From NCBI RefSeq assembly GCF_009914755.1, contig NC_060929.1: a stretch of DNA of 64,000 nt; one strand, 5' to 3'. Below the pieces are notes generated by a model. That model saw only the letters and a list, made by a program, of their open reading frames with translations, did no database searches and was not told the origin of the DNA. Both the position numbers and the translations under genes were made by a program. The DNA is from the human T2T-CHM13v2.0 reference genome, Homo sapiens. Of this stretch, positions 12,088 through 26,696 are shown piece after piece (positions within the stretch are counted from its first letter, which is position 1; each line of letters begins with the position of its first letter).

Positions 12088-13969
12088 GTATGTAAAAAGG
12101 GTATTTAACATCTTTGTCTTCTTTTGATGGACAGAAGGCTGTTAAAGGAGCAATAGTTTTAGTTCCCTTTGGGGTTTATTATGGTCAGAGTGATCTTTCA
12201 GACTTGGATCTGATACAACCTAAATGGTGAACTAATTTGAAAATAAAAAATATCATAAGCCTTGTTGTAGGGACCTTGAATTGGCTCAAGTTAGGCTCAG
12301 TGAAAGGCCGTGCTGTGTTCTTCCCAAGCACAATTGTAATTGGGAGAGGATTCCATTTGTATTCTGTCTTTAGCATGAGCCACATGTTCATGTACTCTGA
12401 AGGCAAGACAAAGAGGGGTTACCAGATGGGACAAAGCAACATTTACTTAATTAAAAAAAATAAGAAAGCAGAACAGAAAAATAATCCCAATGAATAAGAA
12501 GAGAGGGATTTTAAAGTTCCTCTATAGGCAATTTGAGACCCTGTGGTCTATCTAGTTTTCTCGAAATTTTCTGTTATGAGGGCATTGAAGTATATGACTG
12601 CCAAGTTGGTTTAAGCACCTTGAACATGTCAATGGTTAATTTGATGTACACAAAACCTGTTTGTGCCTCATATTTTTTGGGAAAAATCCAACCCTTGTGA
12701 TGTCATGAATCAGCGTTTATCATGTATTTTGAATTGTTCTCAATATTTCATTTAACAGATATTTATTTAAAAATTGGTTTGACAGGATATGCATTTTTTG
12801 GTTTCGTATTTTTCCTTTGAGAACTTTATTTATTTAAAATCTCTGGAAAATGTTCTGAAACATTCAAAGCCATTGATAAATTAGATATATTTCAGGGTTT
12901 ATGTGATCTTTAAACTTGCTTTAAAATATTCACATTTTAATTCTTAAAATTTATTCAGACTATAACTCTTGAAAAGCTAAAATGCAGAAAGGAAGTTGTT
13001 TCTCATTTGTTTTTGTATCTTCCATATAGTGGCCATTCAACCTACTTTTCTTAAATGATATTCTTTTCTTAACTGAACCACGCAACATAAAGTTGACTGC
13101 TGAGTGGCAAATAATGAATAATGCAATGTCTTTCTTTAAATAAGCTTGTGTTTTTCAACGTTTACAATTTTTATATATTTGAGTATAAGTGATATATTTC
13201 TGTTACTTTGAAATTTTTAAACCATCTAGAATTAGAAATATTGATTGGAACTTTGTCTTTATTAATCATGACTTAAAGTAAAAAGTATGTAAATCCATAG
13301 AAGCAATAGTTACCCATTTATTTGCCTGTTTGTCCTGTTTGTATTTGTTGATAGTATCTACTAAATGAGGAAAGAGAAAAGGTGATGCAAAAATGTAAGA
13401 CTCGATTTTGGTAATAATTAGGATAGCCCAAATTAATCTAGTTTTAAAAATTGATATTTAGGGGTTGAGTTGGCTCTGAATTATTTGCAGGTTTCTAATA
13501 AAAGATTATTTTAAAACAAATGTTCACAAGTGAATGAAATATTGTTTAAGAGACTGGATAAAAAATAATATTTACAAGACTGGAAAATAATGAGATAGGT
13601 CATGAGTAGACCTGTCACTTTAAAATTATATTTATGCATATTTTCATTTATTTTTCTTCTCACCAAATATGATTATAATCTCAATATTATTTTGGATGCT
13701 GCAATTTTTGTTATATAAATAACTTTATATCATTATATCAAATAAAGTGATGAACTAAGTGAATATTATTCAAACATTTTCCAAAGCTGATAGTTTGTAA
13801 GTATGCTTAAAAGTATATCATTTGAGGATCCTATTTCAGTAACACATATTTAAACTCAATATATTAAAGTTTTTCGAGATACTATAAAGTTTAGTTTGGC
13901 CAAAAAACCTATTATCATTTAGATAAGAAATCAGCTAATCAGCTGAGATTTTTAAAAGTACCTTCTTTA

Positions 13970-14280
<311 letters not shown>

Positions 14281-14429
14281 TTATTTTTAAAAATTCACTC
14301 TCTTAGTATGCATTGCTAAACATGACTCAATACAATACTGAGTTTCAGCTTAAGTTTATTTTAATAGTCTGAAGATATTGTGATGTTTTAAAAACTCATG
14401 ATATTTAAGAATAACTTGTTTCTTTTTAG

Positions 14430-14525
14430 TTGCATTTTAAATCTGTGGGTGATTCCAGTAGGATGTCAAATTAAAGTACTTGAATAAGATGATTACAATC
14501 TTTATTTTTTATATTCGAATCTGCA
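14430..14525 (+). pseudogene. Candidate exon, phase 2-2
   Basis: Acceptor ttgtttctttttAG, donor GCA|GTGAGG. 96 nt, reading CILNLWVIPVGCQIKVLE*DDYNLYFLYSNL. Confidence 0.55.
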
Positions 14526-15749
14526 GTGAGGCAATAATGAATACCTTCTGTCCTAAGCACACTGATACTCTAAATTGCAAATTTTGAATGTCATTCTGTC
14601 TGAAATATTTAATTGAAAGAGGAATGTAATTGACATATAATTTCCAAATAAGTTTTGTTTGGCTATATAATACATTAATTCATGCCTTTGTTCTTTTTAA
14701 TTTATCTTCATTATGCTATCAATAAGAAATGTTTATTGCTTCTGTTTAAAGTATTACTACAGATAATGGGAATCCTGGAGGCATAAGATATAGAACTTAG
14801 TCTACTGGGCAAATTGTGCATGAAAAGATAAACCCATGGAAGCCCATACTAATTTGTGTCAAATTAATAATGCATGTCCCAAAATTAAATAAGCATTGCA
14901 GAAAATAGAAGGGTATTTGGGTCACTGGGGTCTGAGAGTAGTCAATGAACTTCACATTCTTGGATTATACTTGCATAGAACCTTGTTTCAACAAAAACAA
15001 GGAGGAACATTTTCCAAGCAGTAGGAATCTGGGTAAAGTTGTGGCGTTAGGAATTTGCCTGGAATGGTTAGAATGGCCTGCAATGTTAGGACATAGTAAG
15101 ATGCAAACCTGGTGTGAGAGAGGATAGACTATGTAGTGTGGCACTAGGAGATGAGGATGAAGAAGTGTCAGGCTAAAGTGTTTGTATTATGTAGCTCATG
15201 AATGTCTTTAAGCTGTGAGCGACAAGTTCCAAAGAACCAGCTGTGTCAGATAATCAGAGGGTGAGCTCTGTGATGATCTGGGTTGAGGTAATATGTTTCA
15301 AAATGCCTTATAAAATAAGAGTTTATGCTACATATTTTGATTGGTGAAACTCAGAATATATAAACTATTAATAAAATTTTGTATTTTCTGAATGCAATAT
15401 TGGATTACTCAAGGAGCAGAGAAAGCATAGGAATAACACATCAGCAAAAGTGGTTACCCTCAACAATATTTTGTGAAATAATATGATATTTTTAAGAAAG
15501 GTATCAAAGTAGTCACAAATGGAAGCATCAGAGCTATATCATTTTTAAAATTTAATACATTTATTTTCAGTTGCATATAGGAAGGGGATATATTTTCAGT
15601 GCTTGGGTCCTCTAAAAAATTTATCTAATCCCATATAGATATAATCTTTAATGAAAGGGCTCCTAGCCTACAATGTGCTAGATGACTAAGAAAATCAGTT
15701 GACTTTCTGAAGAAACTAGATATTGGTGGCTGTCAGACATTATGCCACA

Positions 15750-15880
15750 CTACCTCGGAATCTTGTTAAAATGCAGATTCTGATTTCAGTTGCTCTGAAG
15801 TGGAGCCAGAGATTGTACATTTCTAAAAAGCACTTAGGTGATATTCATGATGTTAATCCTTGGACCACACATTGAGTAAT
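15750..15880. mobile_element. MER5-like hAT DNA transposon relic
   Basis: cttgttaaaatgcagattc...gaccacacattgag motif. Confidence 0.6.
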
Positions 15881-16772
15881 ACAATGAAATTTTCAACAAG
15901 TTAGTCTCTTAATGTACATAAACAAAATATTATACCATGTTGTTATGTGTTGGTTTATACTCAAAGTACTGTTCTAAGATTCTATCCAATATTTTTAAAA
16001 AGTGAAGGATTTAACATCCTCTTACACATTTTTATGTTGTTTTGTCACTGCTGTGAATTATAAAAAGTTTTAAAAGATACTGTCACTGCTGTCAATAAAT
16101 TTCTATTTAACTCCCTTCAAGATGGCTAACTAGACACAGACAGGAAGAGTTTCTCCCACTGAGAGGCCGGACCATCAAAAAGATGCACAATCCAAGCAGA
16201 TCTTCTGAAGGAAGTAATAGAGAATGGAAGGAGGAAGGACTCAGATCCTGGGTTGAAGGGGGAGGGAGCAGAGAACCCTGCATGTGGTTATTTAGTAGCA
16301 AGACCCATTCTTGGTCCTGTGTGCTTCCTGGAGAAGGGGTGAGTTAAATAGGCATGGTTTGTGGCCCACATTTGCCACAGACCTCCAGAATCCTAGCAGC
16401 AGGAGACCCCATGACCCCTGTGGACATTTAGGCTGGGAGAGATTGCTGCTTGGAGAGTTTGCAGGGTCACGACTCAGTATTATGAAGCCCAGAGAGTTTG
16501 GTGTGGGAACTGCTACAGTGGAGTATTGCCAGTTACACTCACGCCTCAAGACTCGCCAAATTCCTCTGGGTGGCTTTGGTCTTTGTTGACTGTTGGTTCT
16601 GTTCAGAACAGGGCTATCTTGCCCATGGGATTGGGCCAATCTAATCTGAATACCCCCTTGTCTGCCAGCCTCTCTCAGTGTCCCTGTCTGGCCACACTCT
16701 CTTGCAGCACAGCCTCAGATGTTCATATGGGGCACATCTTAAAAGCCACTACCATAGCTTTTTTACTGACAG

Positions 16773-17174
16773 ACCTTGGCTAACCATCAGAGATATTTTG
16801 CAGATGGGCCCCAGCCAGTGTGTAACCACATGCAGCCTCCCCCACACCACTTTGCCAGCATGCGTTCATCTGCAGCATCGCCCACCAGTTTGCCAGCATT
16901 TGCAGACCCTGCTGCTGTACCCCCACTGGAGCATGTGTATGTGTGGACCCTGCTGCTATGCCAGCGCTGGTGCACATACATGTACATGGACTCAACTGCC
17001 ACCACTCTGACAAAGCACTGTTGCTGCCCACCCCCCATACCCCCCATTGGAGTGTTGTTGCCAGCAGACTGGGGACACATTGGCCCCTCCAGTGATAGCA
17101 GGTCAGAGAACAAAGCCATGGGTCTAGTCCCAGCACCTAGGGTTAGAGCATGCAGACCAAGAGTGCTAAACTGA
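16773..17174 (+). CDS. Putative L1-5'UTR-derived terminal coding exon (133 aa, Pro/Cys/His-rich)
   Basis: Acceptor gcttttttactgacAG (16771-16772). ACC then ORF 16776-17174, giving an in-frame phase-0 join WQRL|TLANHQRYFADGPQPVCNHMQ with exon 10210-10300. Confidence 0.5.
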   Translation, partial: TLANHQRYFADGPQPVCNHMQPPPHHFASMRSSAASPTSLPAFADPAAVPPLEHVYVWTLLLCQRWCTYMYMDSTATTLTKHCCCPPPIPPIGVLLPADWGHIGPSSDSRSENKAMGLVPAPRVRACRPRVLN

Positions 17175-20100
17175 GCCTTGGCCCCCTGAAATCATTGAGA
17201 AATGAAGCCAGTTGATGGAACCCAACTTATACCATAGTCAAAGGGTCAAAATAATCAAAAAATATAAAAGCAAAAAGCTTCATCCAAAGGACAGCAACAT
17301 CAAAGATTAAAGGAACATCAGCCTAACAGATGGAAAAGAACTAGCACAGGAATCCTGGCAACTCTAAAAGCCAGTGTCCTCTTCCTCCAAACAACCCACT
17401 AGCTCCCCAGCAATGGTTCATAATCAGACTGAAATGGCTGAAATGACAGATATAGAATTCAGAATCTGGATGGCAATGAAGATCATTGAAATTCAGGAGA
17501 AAGTTGAAACCCAATCCCAGGAATCTACTGAAATGATTTAAATGCTGAGAGATGAAATAGCCATTTTAAGAAAGAACCAAACTGATCTAATAGAGGTGAA
17601 AAACTCACTACAAGAAATTCATTCTATATTCGAAGTATTCACAGCAGAGCAGAGGTAAGGTGAGGTAAAAATCTCAGAGCTTGAAGATTAATTCTGTGAA
17701 TCAACTCAGTCAGACAAAAATAAAGAAAAAAGAATTTTAAAAAAGGAAGAAAACTTCCAGAAAATATGGGATTATGTAAAGAGACAAAACCTATGACTCA
17801 TTGGCATCCCTTAAGGAGAGGGAGAGAGAGAAAGCAATGTGAAAAACATATTTGAGGTTATTATCCACAAAATTTTCACAACTTAACTAGAGAGGTCAAC
17901 ATTCAAATTCAGTAAATTCAGAGAATCCTTGCAAAATCGTATACAAGATGACCATCCCCAAAACACATCATCGTCGTATTCTTCAAGGACAATACATGCA
18001 AAAGAAAAGATATTTAAGACACTAGAAAGAAGGGGCAAATCACTTACAAAGTGAACCCAATCAGGCTAAGAGAGGACCTTTCAGCAGAAATTCTATAAGC
18101 CAGAAGAGATTGGGAGCCTATATTCAGCATCGCTAAAGAAAAAAAATTCCAACCAAGAATTTCATATCCAGCCAAACTAAGCTTCCTAAACGAAGGAAAA
18201 ATATAATCCTTTTCAGACAACCAAATGCTAAGAGAATTCATTACCACTAGACCTGCCTTTGAAGAGGTCCTTAAAGGAGTGCTAGACATGAAATCAAAAG
18301 ACATTACTGGCCACCAAAAAAAAAAAGAAGAAAGAAAGAAAAAAGTAAAACCACTCATTTAATTACATGGGTTATTGATACTATAAAGCAACTACACAGT
18401 CAAGTCTAAACAACCAGCTAACATGATGACAGGATCAAATACACATATATCAATATTAACCTTGAATGTACATGGGCTGAACACCCCATTTAAAAGGCAC
18501 AGAGTGGCAAGTTGGATAATGAAGTAAGACCCAAATGTATGCTGTCCTCAAGAGAACCATCTCCCATGCAGTGACACCCATAGGCTCAAAGTAAAGGGAT
18601 AGAGAAAAATCCATCAAGAAAACAGAAAACATGAGGAAAGGTAGCTGTTCTAATTTCAGACAAAACAGATTTCAAACCAACCACCATCAAGAAGCACAAA
18701 GAGGGTTATTACATAATGATAAAGGGTTCAATTCAAAAAGAAGACTTACCTATCCTAAATATATGTACACCCAACACTGGAGCACCCAGATCATAAAACA
18801 AGTAATTAGAGACCAATTAAGAGACTTCTATAACCACACAATAATAGTATGAAACTGTAACACCCCACTGACAGTATTAGACAGAATATCAAGGCAGAAA
18901 ACCAGCAAAGATATTTGGGACCTAAACTTGACACTTGACCAAATGTGCCTAACATCCACAGAACATTCCATCCAACAAAAAGAGAATATATATTCTTCTC
19001 ATATGCACATGGCACATACACTAAGATCAACCACACACTCAACCGTAAAGCAATTCTCAACAAATTATAAAAACCAAAATTATACCAGCCATACTCTTGG
19101 ACCACAGTGCAACAAAATTATAACTCAATTACAAGAAGATCTCTGAAAAAACTTACAATTACATGGAAATTAAACAACCTGTTCCTGAAGGACTTTTGGC
19201 CAAACATGACATTAAGGCATAAATCAATAAATTCTTTGAAACTAATGCAAACAGGGATACAATACACCAGAATCTCTGTGACACAGCTAACACAGTGTTA
19301 AGAGGAAAGGTGATAGCACTAAGTGCACATTAAAAAGTTAGAAAGAGCTTAAGTTAACAGCTAAGAGCTAACATCACACCTAAAGGAATTAAAGAAACAA
19401 GAGCAAACAAAGCCCAAAGCTGGCAGAAGAAAATAAATAACCAAACTTAGAGCTGAACAGAGTGAAATGGAGTATTGAAAAGTATTATAAAAAATCAACA
19501 AAACCAAAAGTGATGATTTGAAGAATATATAAGATTGATAGACCACTAGGTAGACAAATAAAATGAGATGGTTCAAATAAACACAATCAGAAATGACAGG
19601 GGACATTACCACCAACCCACAGAAACACACACAAAAAAATAGAGAGTATTATGAACAACTCTAAGCACACATAGTAGAAAACCTAGGAAAAAATGGATAA
19701 ATTCCTGGAAACATGCAACCTCCCAAGATAGAACTAGAAAGAAATTAAAACCCGAAAAGACCAATAATGAATTCCAAAATTGAATCAGTAACAAAACACC
19801 TACCAACAACAAAAAGCCCTGATCCAGACAAATTCACAGCCAAATTCTATTAGATGTATAAATAAGAGCTATTACCAATCCTTCTGAAACTATTCCATTG
19901 ACTTGAGAAAGCAGGACCCTTCCTAACTCATGCTATGAAGCCAGTATCACTATGATAGCAAAACCTTGCAGAAACCAAACAAAAAAAGAAAATTTCAGGC
20001 CAGTATCTCTGATGGGCCTAGATGCAGAAGTGCTCAACAAATACAAGCTAACCAAATCCAGCAGCACACCAAAAAGCTAATCTACCATGATCAGGTAGGT

Positions 20101-21241
20101 TTTATTTGTGAGATGCATGGTTAGTTGAACATATGCAAATCAATAAATGTGATTCATCACATAAACGGAACTAAAAACAAACACCACGTGGTCATCCCAA
20201 TAGATGCTGAAAAGTCTTTCAATAAAATTCAACATTCCTTCATGTTAAAAACCCTCAGCAAACTAGTCATCAATGGTACATACCTCAAAATAATAAGAGT
20301 CACCTATTACAAACCAACAGCCAACATCATACTGAATGGGCAAAACCTGGAAGCATTCCTTTGAGAACTGGAACAAGGCGAAGATGACTGCTCTGACCAC
20401 TCCTATTCAACATAGTAATGGAAGTCCTAGCCAGAGCAATCAAGCAAAAGAAAGAAATAAAAGGCATCCAAATAGGAAGATAGGAAATCAAACTATCTCT
20501 ATTATGTGATTTTGTACTTAGAAAATGCCATGGTCTCTGCCCAAAGGCTCCTAGATCTGATAAACAACTTCAGCAAAGTCTCAGGATACAAAAGCAATGT
20601 ATATAAATCAGTGTTTCTATACACAAATAACATTCAAGCTGAGAGCTAAATCAAGAAGACAATCCCATTCACAATAGCCACAAAAAGAAGAAGATGCCTG
20701 AGAATACAGCTAACCAAGGAGGTGAAAGATTTCTAAACAAGAATTACAAAACACTGTCCAAAGAAATCAGAAATGACACAAATAAATGGAAAAACATCCC
20801 ATGCTCATGAATAGGAAGAATCAATGGCCGTACTCCACACAGCAATTTAAAGTTTCAATGCTCTTTGTACCAACTACCCATGACATTTTTCAAAGAAACA
20901 GAAAAAAATATTTTAAAATTCATGTGGATCCAAAGAAGAGCCTGAGTAATCAAAGCAATCATAAGCAAACAGAACAAAGCCAGAGGCATAACACTGCCAG
21001 GAGTCAAACTACAAATGCTGCCGTAAGCAAAACAGCGTGGTACTGATACAAAAATAGACACATAGACCACTGGGACAGGTTAAATAACCCACAAATAAAG
21101 CTGCACACCTACAAGCATCAGATCTTATACAAAGCCAACAAAAACAAGCACAAGGGAGAGGACTGCTTATTCTATACATAATACTGGGTAGCTGGTTAGC
21201 CATTTGCTGATGACTGGAAATGTACTCCTTCCTTTCACCAT

Positions 21242-23498
21242 TGTTTTAGTCCATTCTCATGCTACTGTGACTTAGACTAGGTAATTTATAAAGAAAAGAG
21301 GTTTAATTGATTCACAGTTCCACATGGCTAGGGAGACCTCAGGAAACTTACAATCATGGTGGAAGGCACCTCTTCACAGGGCAGCATGAGAGAGAATGAG
21401 TGCCAGCTGGGGAAATTCCAGATGCTTATAATCCATCCAATCTCATAAGAACTCATTTGCTATCATGAGAACACCATGGGGGAACTGCCCCCACAAACTA
21501 ATCACTTCCCACAAGATTCCTCGTGTGACACAGGAGGATTATGGGAACTGTAATTCAAGATGAGATTTGGGTGGGGGCACAGCCAAACCATATCATTTTG
21601 CTCCTGGCCCCTCACAAATCTCATGTCCTCACGTTTCAAAACACCCAAGTCATGCCTTCCCAAAAGTCCCCCAAAAAGTCTTAACTCATTCTAGCATTAA
21701 CTCAAAAGTCCAACTTCAAAGTCTCGTCTGAGACAAGGCAAGTCCCTTCTACCTATGAGCCTGTAAAATCAAAAGCAAGTTTGTTACATCCTAGATACAA
21801 TGAGGGTACAGGCATTGGGTAAATGCACCCATTCCAAATTAGAGAAATTGGCGAAAACAAAGGGGCTACTGGACCCATGCAAGTCTGAAATCCAACAGGC
21901 CAGTTATTAAACCTTAGAGTTCTAAAATGATTTCCTTTAACTCCATGTCTCACTATTGCAAGAGGTGGGCTCCCATGGTCTTGGAGACCTCCACCTTTGT
22001 GGCTTTGCAGGGTACAGCCCCCCTCCTGGCTGCTTTCACAGGCTGGCATTGAGTGTCCCTGGCTTTCACAGGCACATGGTGTAAGCTGTTGGTGGATCTA
22101 CCATTCTGGAGTTTGGAGGACAATGGCCCTCTTCTCACAGCTCCACCAGGCAATGCCCTAGTGGAGACTCTGTCTGGGGGCTCCAACCCCACATTTCCCT
22201 TCTACACTTGCCCCAGCAGAGATTCTCCATGAGGGCTCTGCCCGTGCAGCAAGCTTCTGCCTGGATATCCAGGCATTTCCATACATCCTCTGAAATCTAA
22301 GTGGAGGTTCCCCAACCACAGTTCTTGACTTCTTTGTACCCTCAGACCCAACACCACGTGGAGGCTGCCAAGGCTTGAGGCTTGCACACTCTGAAACAAT
22401 GGCCCCAGCTGTACCTTGGTCCCTTTTAGCTGGAGCAGCTGGAGCTAAAGCAGCTGGGATGCAGGGCACCATGTCCTGAGGCTGCAAAGAGCAGAGGGGC
22501 CCTTGACCTAGCCCATGAAATCCTTTTCCTTCCCAGGCCTCCAGGCCTGCAATGGGAGGGTTGCGATTAAGTCTCTGACATGCCCTGGAGATGTTTTCCC
22601 CATTGTCTTGGTGATTAATATTTGGTGCCTTGTTACTTATGCAAATTTCTGCAGCCAGTTTTAATTTCTACCCAGAAAATGGGGTTTTCTTTTTTATCGC
22701 ATCATCAGGCGGAAAATTTTCCAAACTGCTATGCTCTGCTTCCTCTTGAATGCTTTGCAGTTAGAAATTTCTTCCAGCAGATACCCTAAATCATCTCTTT
22801 CAAGTTTAAAGTTCCACATATCCCTAAAGCACTGCACAATGCCACCAGTCTCTTTGCTAAAGCATAGCGAGAGTCACCTTTGCTCCATTTCCCAAGAAGT
22901 TTCTCATCTCCATCTGAGAACACCTCAACTTCTACCTCATTGTCCATATCACTATCAGCATTTTGGTCAAAGCCATTCAAAAAGTGTCTAGGAAGTTCCA
23001 ACTGTCCCACATTTTTCTGTCTTCTTCTGAGCCCTCTAAACTGTTCCAATGCCTGCTTGTTACCCAGTTCTAAAGTCACTTCCACATTTTCAGGTATCTT
23101 TACAGCAGCACCCACTCCTGGTACCAATTTACTGTATTAGTCCATTTTCATGCTGCTATGAAGAAATACCCAAAAGTGGGTAATTTATAAAGAAAAGAGG
23201 TTTAATTGACTCACAGTTTCACATGGCTAGGGAGACCTCAGTAAACTTACAATCATGGTGGAAGGCACCTCTTCACAGGACAGCAGGAGAGAGAATGAGT
23301 GCCAGGCCAGATGGGGAAATGCTAGACACTCATAACCATCAGATCTTGTGAGAACTCACTCACTATCATGAGAACAGCATGGGGGAATCTCCTTGACAAT
23401 CTAATTACCTCCCATGAGGTCCCTCCAATGACATGTGGGGATTATGAGAACTACAATTCAAGATGAGATTTGGGTTGGGGCAAAGCCAGACCATATCA
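21242..23498 (-). mobile_element. Complete THE1 (THE1D-like) MaLR provirus: LTR-internal-LTR
   Basis: LTRs 21242-21595 and 23133-23498 (tg...ca), internal 21596-23132. 5-bp TSD accat at 21237-21241 and 23499-23503. Confidence 0.92.
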
Positions 23499-23807
23499 AC
23501 CATATATAAAAATTAACTCAAGAGGGATTAAAGATGTAAATGAAAGACCTAAAGCTTTAAAAATCCTAGAAAAAATTCCAGGAAATACTATTCTGAACAT
23601 CAGCCCCAGCAAAAATTTCATGACAAAGACTCCCAGAGCAATTACAACAAAACCAAAAATTGACAAGTGGGACCTAATTAAACTAAAGAGCTTTTGCACT
23701 GCAAAAGAAACTATCAACAGAGCAAACAGACATCCTACAGAACGGGAGAAAATAATTTGCAAACCATACATCTGACAAAGGTCAAATATCTATAATATAT
23801 AAGGAAC

Positions 23808-24183
23808 TGATATGGTTTGGCTCTGTACTCAAATCTCATGTTGAATTGTAATTCCCACTGTTAGAGGAGGAACCTGGTAGGAGGTGATTGGATCATGGCG
23901 GTGGATTTCCCCCTTGTTTTTCTCATGATAGTGAGTTTTTCTCATGAGATCTGATGGTTTAAAAGTGTGTGGCACTTCCCCCTTCACTTTCTGTCTCTCC
24001 TGCTGTCATATAAAGATATGCTGGCTTCCCCTTCACCTTTTGCCATGACTAAAAGTTTCCTGAGGCCTCTCAGCCATGCCTCCCATACAGCCTGTGGAAC
24101 TGTGAGTGAATTAAACTTATTTTCTTTATAAATTACCCAGTATCAGGTATATCTTCACAGCAGTGTGAGAATGGACTAATACA
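23808..24183 (+). mobile_element. MSTA-like solo LTR
   Basis: tgatatggtttggctctgt...ggactaataca. TSD ggaac at 23803-23807 and 24184-24188. Confidence 0.9.
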
Positions 24184-25215
24184 GGAACTTAAACAAATTA
24201 ACAAGCTAAAAAAAACCTCATAAAAAATGGGCAAAGGACATGAACAGACACTTCACAAAAGAAGACATACACAGGGTCAACAAACATATGAAAAAAAATG
24301 TTCAGCGTCACTGATCATTAGGGAAATGCAAATCAAAACCGCATTGAATTTTGCTCTGACATGAGTCAGAATGCCTATTATTAAAAAGCCAAAAATTAAG
24401 GGATGCTGGTGAGATTGTGGAGAAAGGGGAAGACTTACACAGTGCTGGAGGGAATGTAAATTAGTTCAGTCACTGTGGAAAGAATTTTAAAGATTCTTGA
24501 AAGATCTTAGAACTATGATTCAACCCATCAATCCCATTACTGGGTATATACCCAAAGGAATAGAAATCATTCTACTGTAAAGATACATGCCCCTGAATGT
24601 TCATCTCTGCACTAGTCGCCACAGCAAAGACATAGACTCAACCTTGGTGCCCATTAACGGTGGATTGAATAAAGAAAATGTGGTATATATACTCCACGGA
24701 ATACTACACAGCCATAAAAATGAATGAAATCATGTCCTTGACAGCAGCATGGATGCAGCTGGCGGCCATTATCTTAAGTGAATTAATGCAGGAACAGAAA
24801 ATCAAATACCACATATTCTCACTTATAAATACAAGCTAAACATTTAGGACATATTGACACAGAGAAGGGAAAAATTGACAACCTGAGCCTACTTGAAGGT
24901 GGAAGGAAGGATGGTAAGGATTGAAAAACTGCCTGTTGTGTACTATGGTCTCTACCTGGTGATGGAGTAATTTTACACCAAACCCCAATGTCACACAATT
25001 CACCCATGTAACAAATCTGCATATGTATAAAATTTGGAAGAAACAAAAGAAAAAATAATTTTCCACTTAAAAGGGGAGAGAAGACACATAATTGGGGATA
25101 TAAGGCTATCCATATTGTATGTAGACAGTGTCTGGAGTGAACAGATAAAGTAATATAACAGGGCTGATGATTTTGTCCATCATTTTCAAATAACATCATT
25201 ATTAGTAGTAGTATT

Positions 25216-25520
25216 TTATTTTATTTTATTATTATTTTTTGAGACGAAGTCTCGCTCTTGTCCCTCAGGCTGGAGTGCAGTGGCACGATCTCAGCTCAGT
25301 GCAACCTGAGCTTCCAGGGTTCAAGTGATTCTACTGCCTCAGCCTCCCAAGTAGCTGAGATTACAGGTGCCCGGGATTACAGCTAATTTTTTTGTATTTT
25401 TAGTAGAGGTTGGGTTTCCCCATGTTGGCCAGGCTGGTCTCGAACTCCTGACCTCAGGTGATCTGCCGCCTTGGCCTCCCGAAGTGCTGGGATCACAGGC
25501 GTGAGCCACCGTGCCTGGCC
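25216..25520 (-). mobile_element. Alu (Sx/Sp-like)
   Basis: Antisense dimer with (tattt)n tail. Flanking repeats attagtagtagtatt / attagtggtattatt. Confidence 0.93.
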
Positions 25521-26038
25521 AATTAGTGGTATTATTAATCAAGGAAAGGATAGTCCCTAAAATGTCTGAAGTATAGAGATCATATTACGTATTAATTAGG
25601 CATGCGACTATGCTAGGTGTGTTATATTAGATCTAGAATTCCAGCTTGGATTTTGTTTAGTGGCAATGGACCCCACCACTTTAAAGCCTTTTGAGATAGT
25701 AGAGGAGAGTGGGAAGGTACTGCTAGAGAGAGGATGATCAACCGACACATTAGGAAAATGGGTCTTGATAGGGGTATGGTATAGGTAATACTGGTGAGAG
25801 TCTGAAGATAGTTGGGTTTTTGAGGAGACTGCTGTAAACATCCAGCCATGAGATAAGGACCAGGAAGAATGCAAAGCCGTGGGAATTGAAAGACACTGAT
25901 ACAAGACTGATTTATGAAGGTTCTACTTTTTAAAATTAGTTTCTTTATAGTGGTTTGAAGTGCTTGGACGAAGAGGATACTGCCGGCAGTTGTTTTTTTT
26001 TTCCATTTGTTTGCATATTTTATATTCATGCTATGCAG

Positions 26039-26220
26039 GTGTGGAAGTTCGAGTGTATGGTTAGTGTTCAGGTTGCTGCCAGTCTCAGATATTCTAGAGT
26101 TTAGCAGCTGCATGGTGATTGGAATCCTGCTGCTTTTTCCTCACTCCGAACTTGAGATCCCCTGTCAAACTAGTCTCTTCATTGCCCCAGGCTTTCTCAA
26201 ATCTTCCCACTGCCTCTCCA
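26039..26220 (+). pseudogene. Candidate exon, phase 2-1, open
   Basis: Acceptor tatattcatgctatgcAG, donor CCA|GTAGGT (alternative ATG|GTGATT at 26115). Reads CGSSSVWLVFRLLPVSDILEFSSCMVIGILLLFPHSELEIPCQTSLFIAPGFLKSSHCLS. Confidence 0.5.
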
Positions 26221-26696
26221 GTAGGTTTTTAACAGTTTGCAAGCACTGGTGTGGTGGTGGGATGGAGGGGTCTGGGGTAGGGAAGGCTGGGGTAGCGTAC
26301 TTTCTAATCCTGATGGAAGTGAAAGGTAATGAAAGAGAAAAAGCTACTTGATCTCCCGAGAAGTTCTTATTTTCCTGTTTTCTTCAATATGAAAATTTGA
26401 CAGGCTTTTAAAAAAATCTCTTTTTGAGGAAATCTCACTCCATATTCCCTGCTCTTAAGTGATGTTTACATTTATTTATTTTATTATTTTCTTTAGACCA
26501 GTTGAATATTAACATACTGAAGTAAAATTTTTTAAATGTCCTACTAACAATCTTTTGTTGCAATATATAAAGTTAATAAAATATAGCTTTTAAAAACATT
26601 TAACTAAAACATCATGGAGATATTAAGCAGTGGATTTAACATAACTCCAGAAAGCAAGAAAAACAGCTTTGTTTGCATTTTCTTTTATATCTTGAG

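Larger units (their letters stand above)
16111..25053 (+). mobile_element. Full-length old L1 (L1PA13-16-like), decayed, interrupted by two LTR elements
   Basis: 5'UTR start (caagatggctaactagac), ORF1 remnant ~17330-18300, ORF2 from atgatgacaggatcaaat at ~18423, 3'UTR to ~25030. Degenerate TSD aataaatttctatttaa 16094-16110 / aataattttccacttaa 25054-25070 (14/17 match). Confidence 0.9.

Noticed and set aside
18044-25199. Many 60-126 aa ORFs on both strands
   Set aside because: All lie in decayed L1 ORF1/ORF2, THE1 internal or LTR sequence.
25608-26113. Minus-strand 163-aa and 98-aa ORFs
   Set aside because: They have no recognisable motif or splice context and partly overlap a + strand candidate exon.
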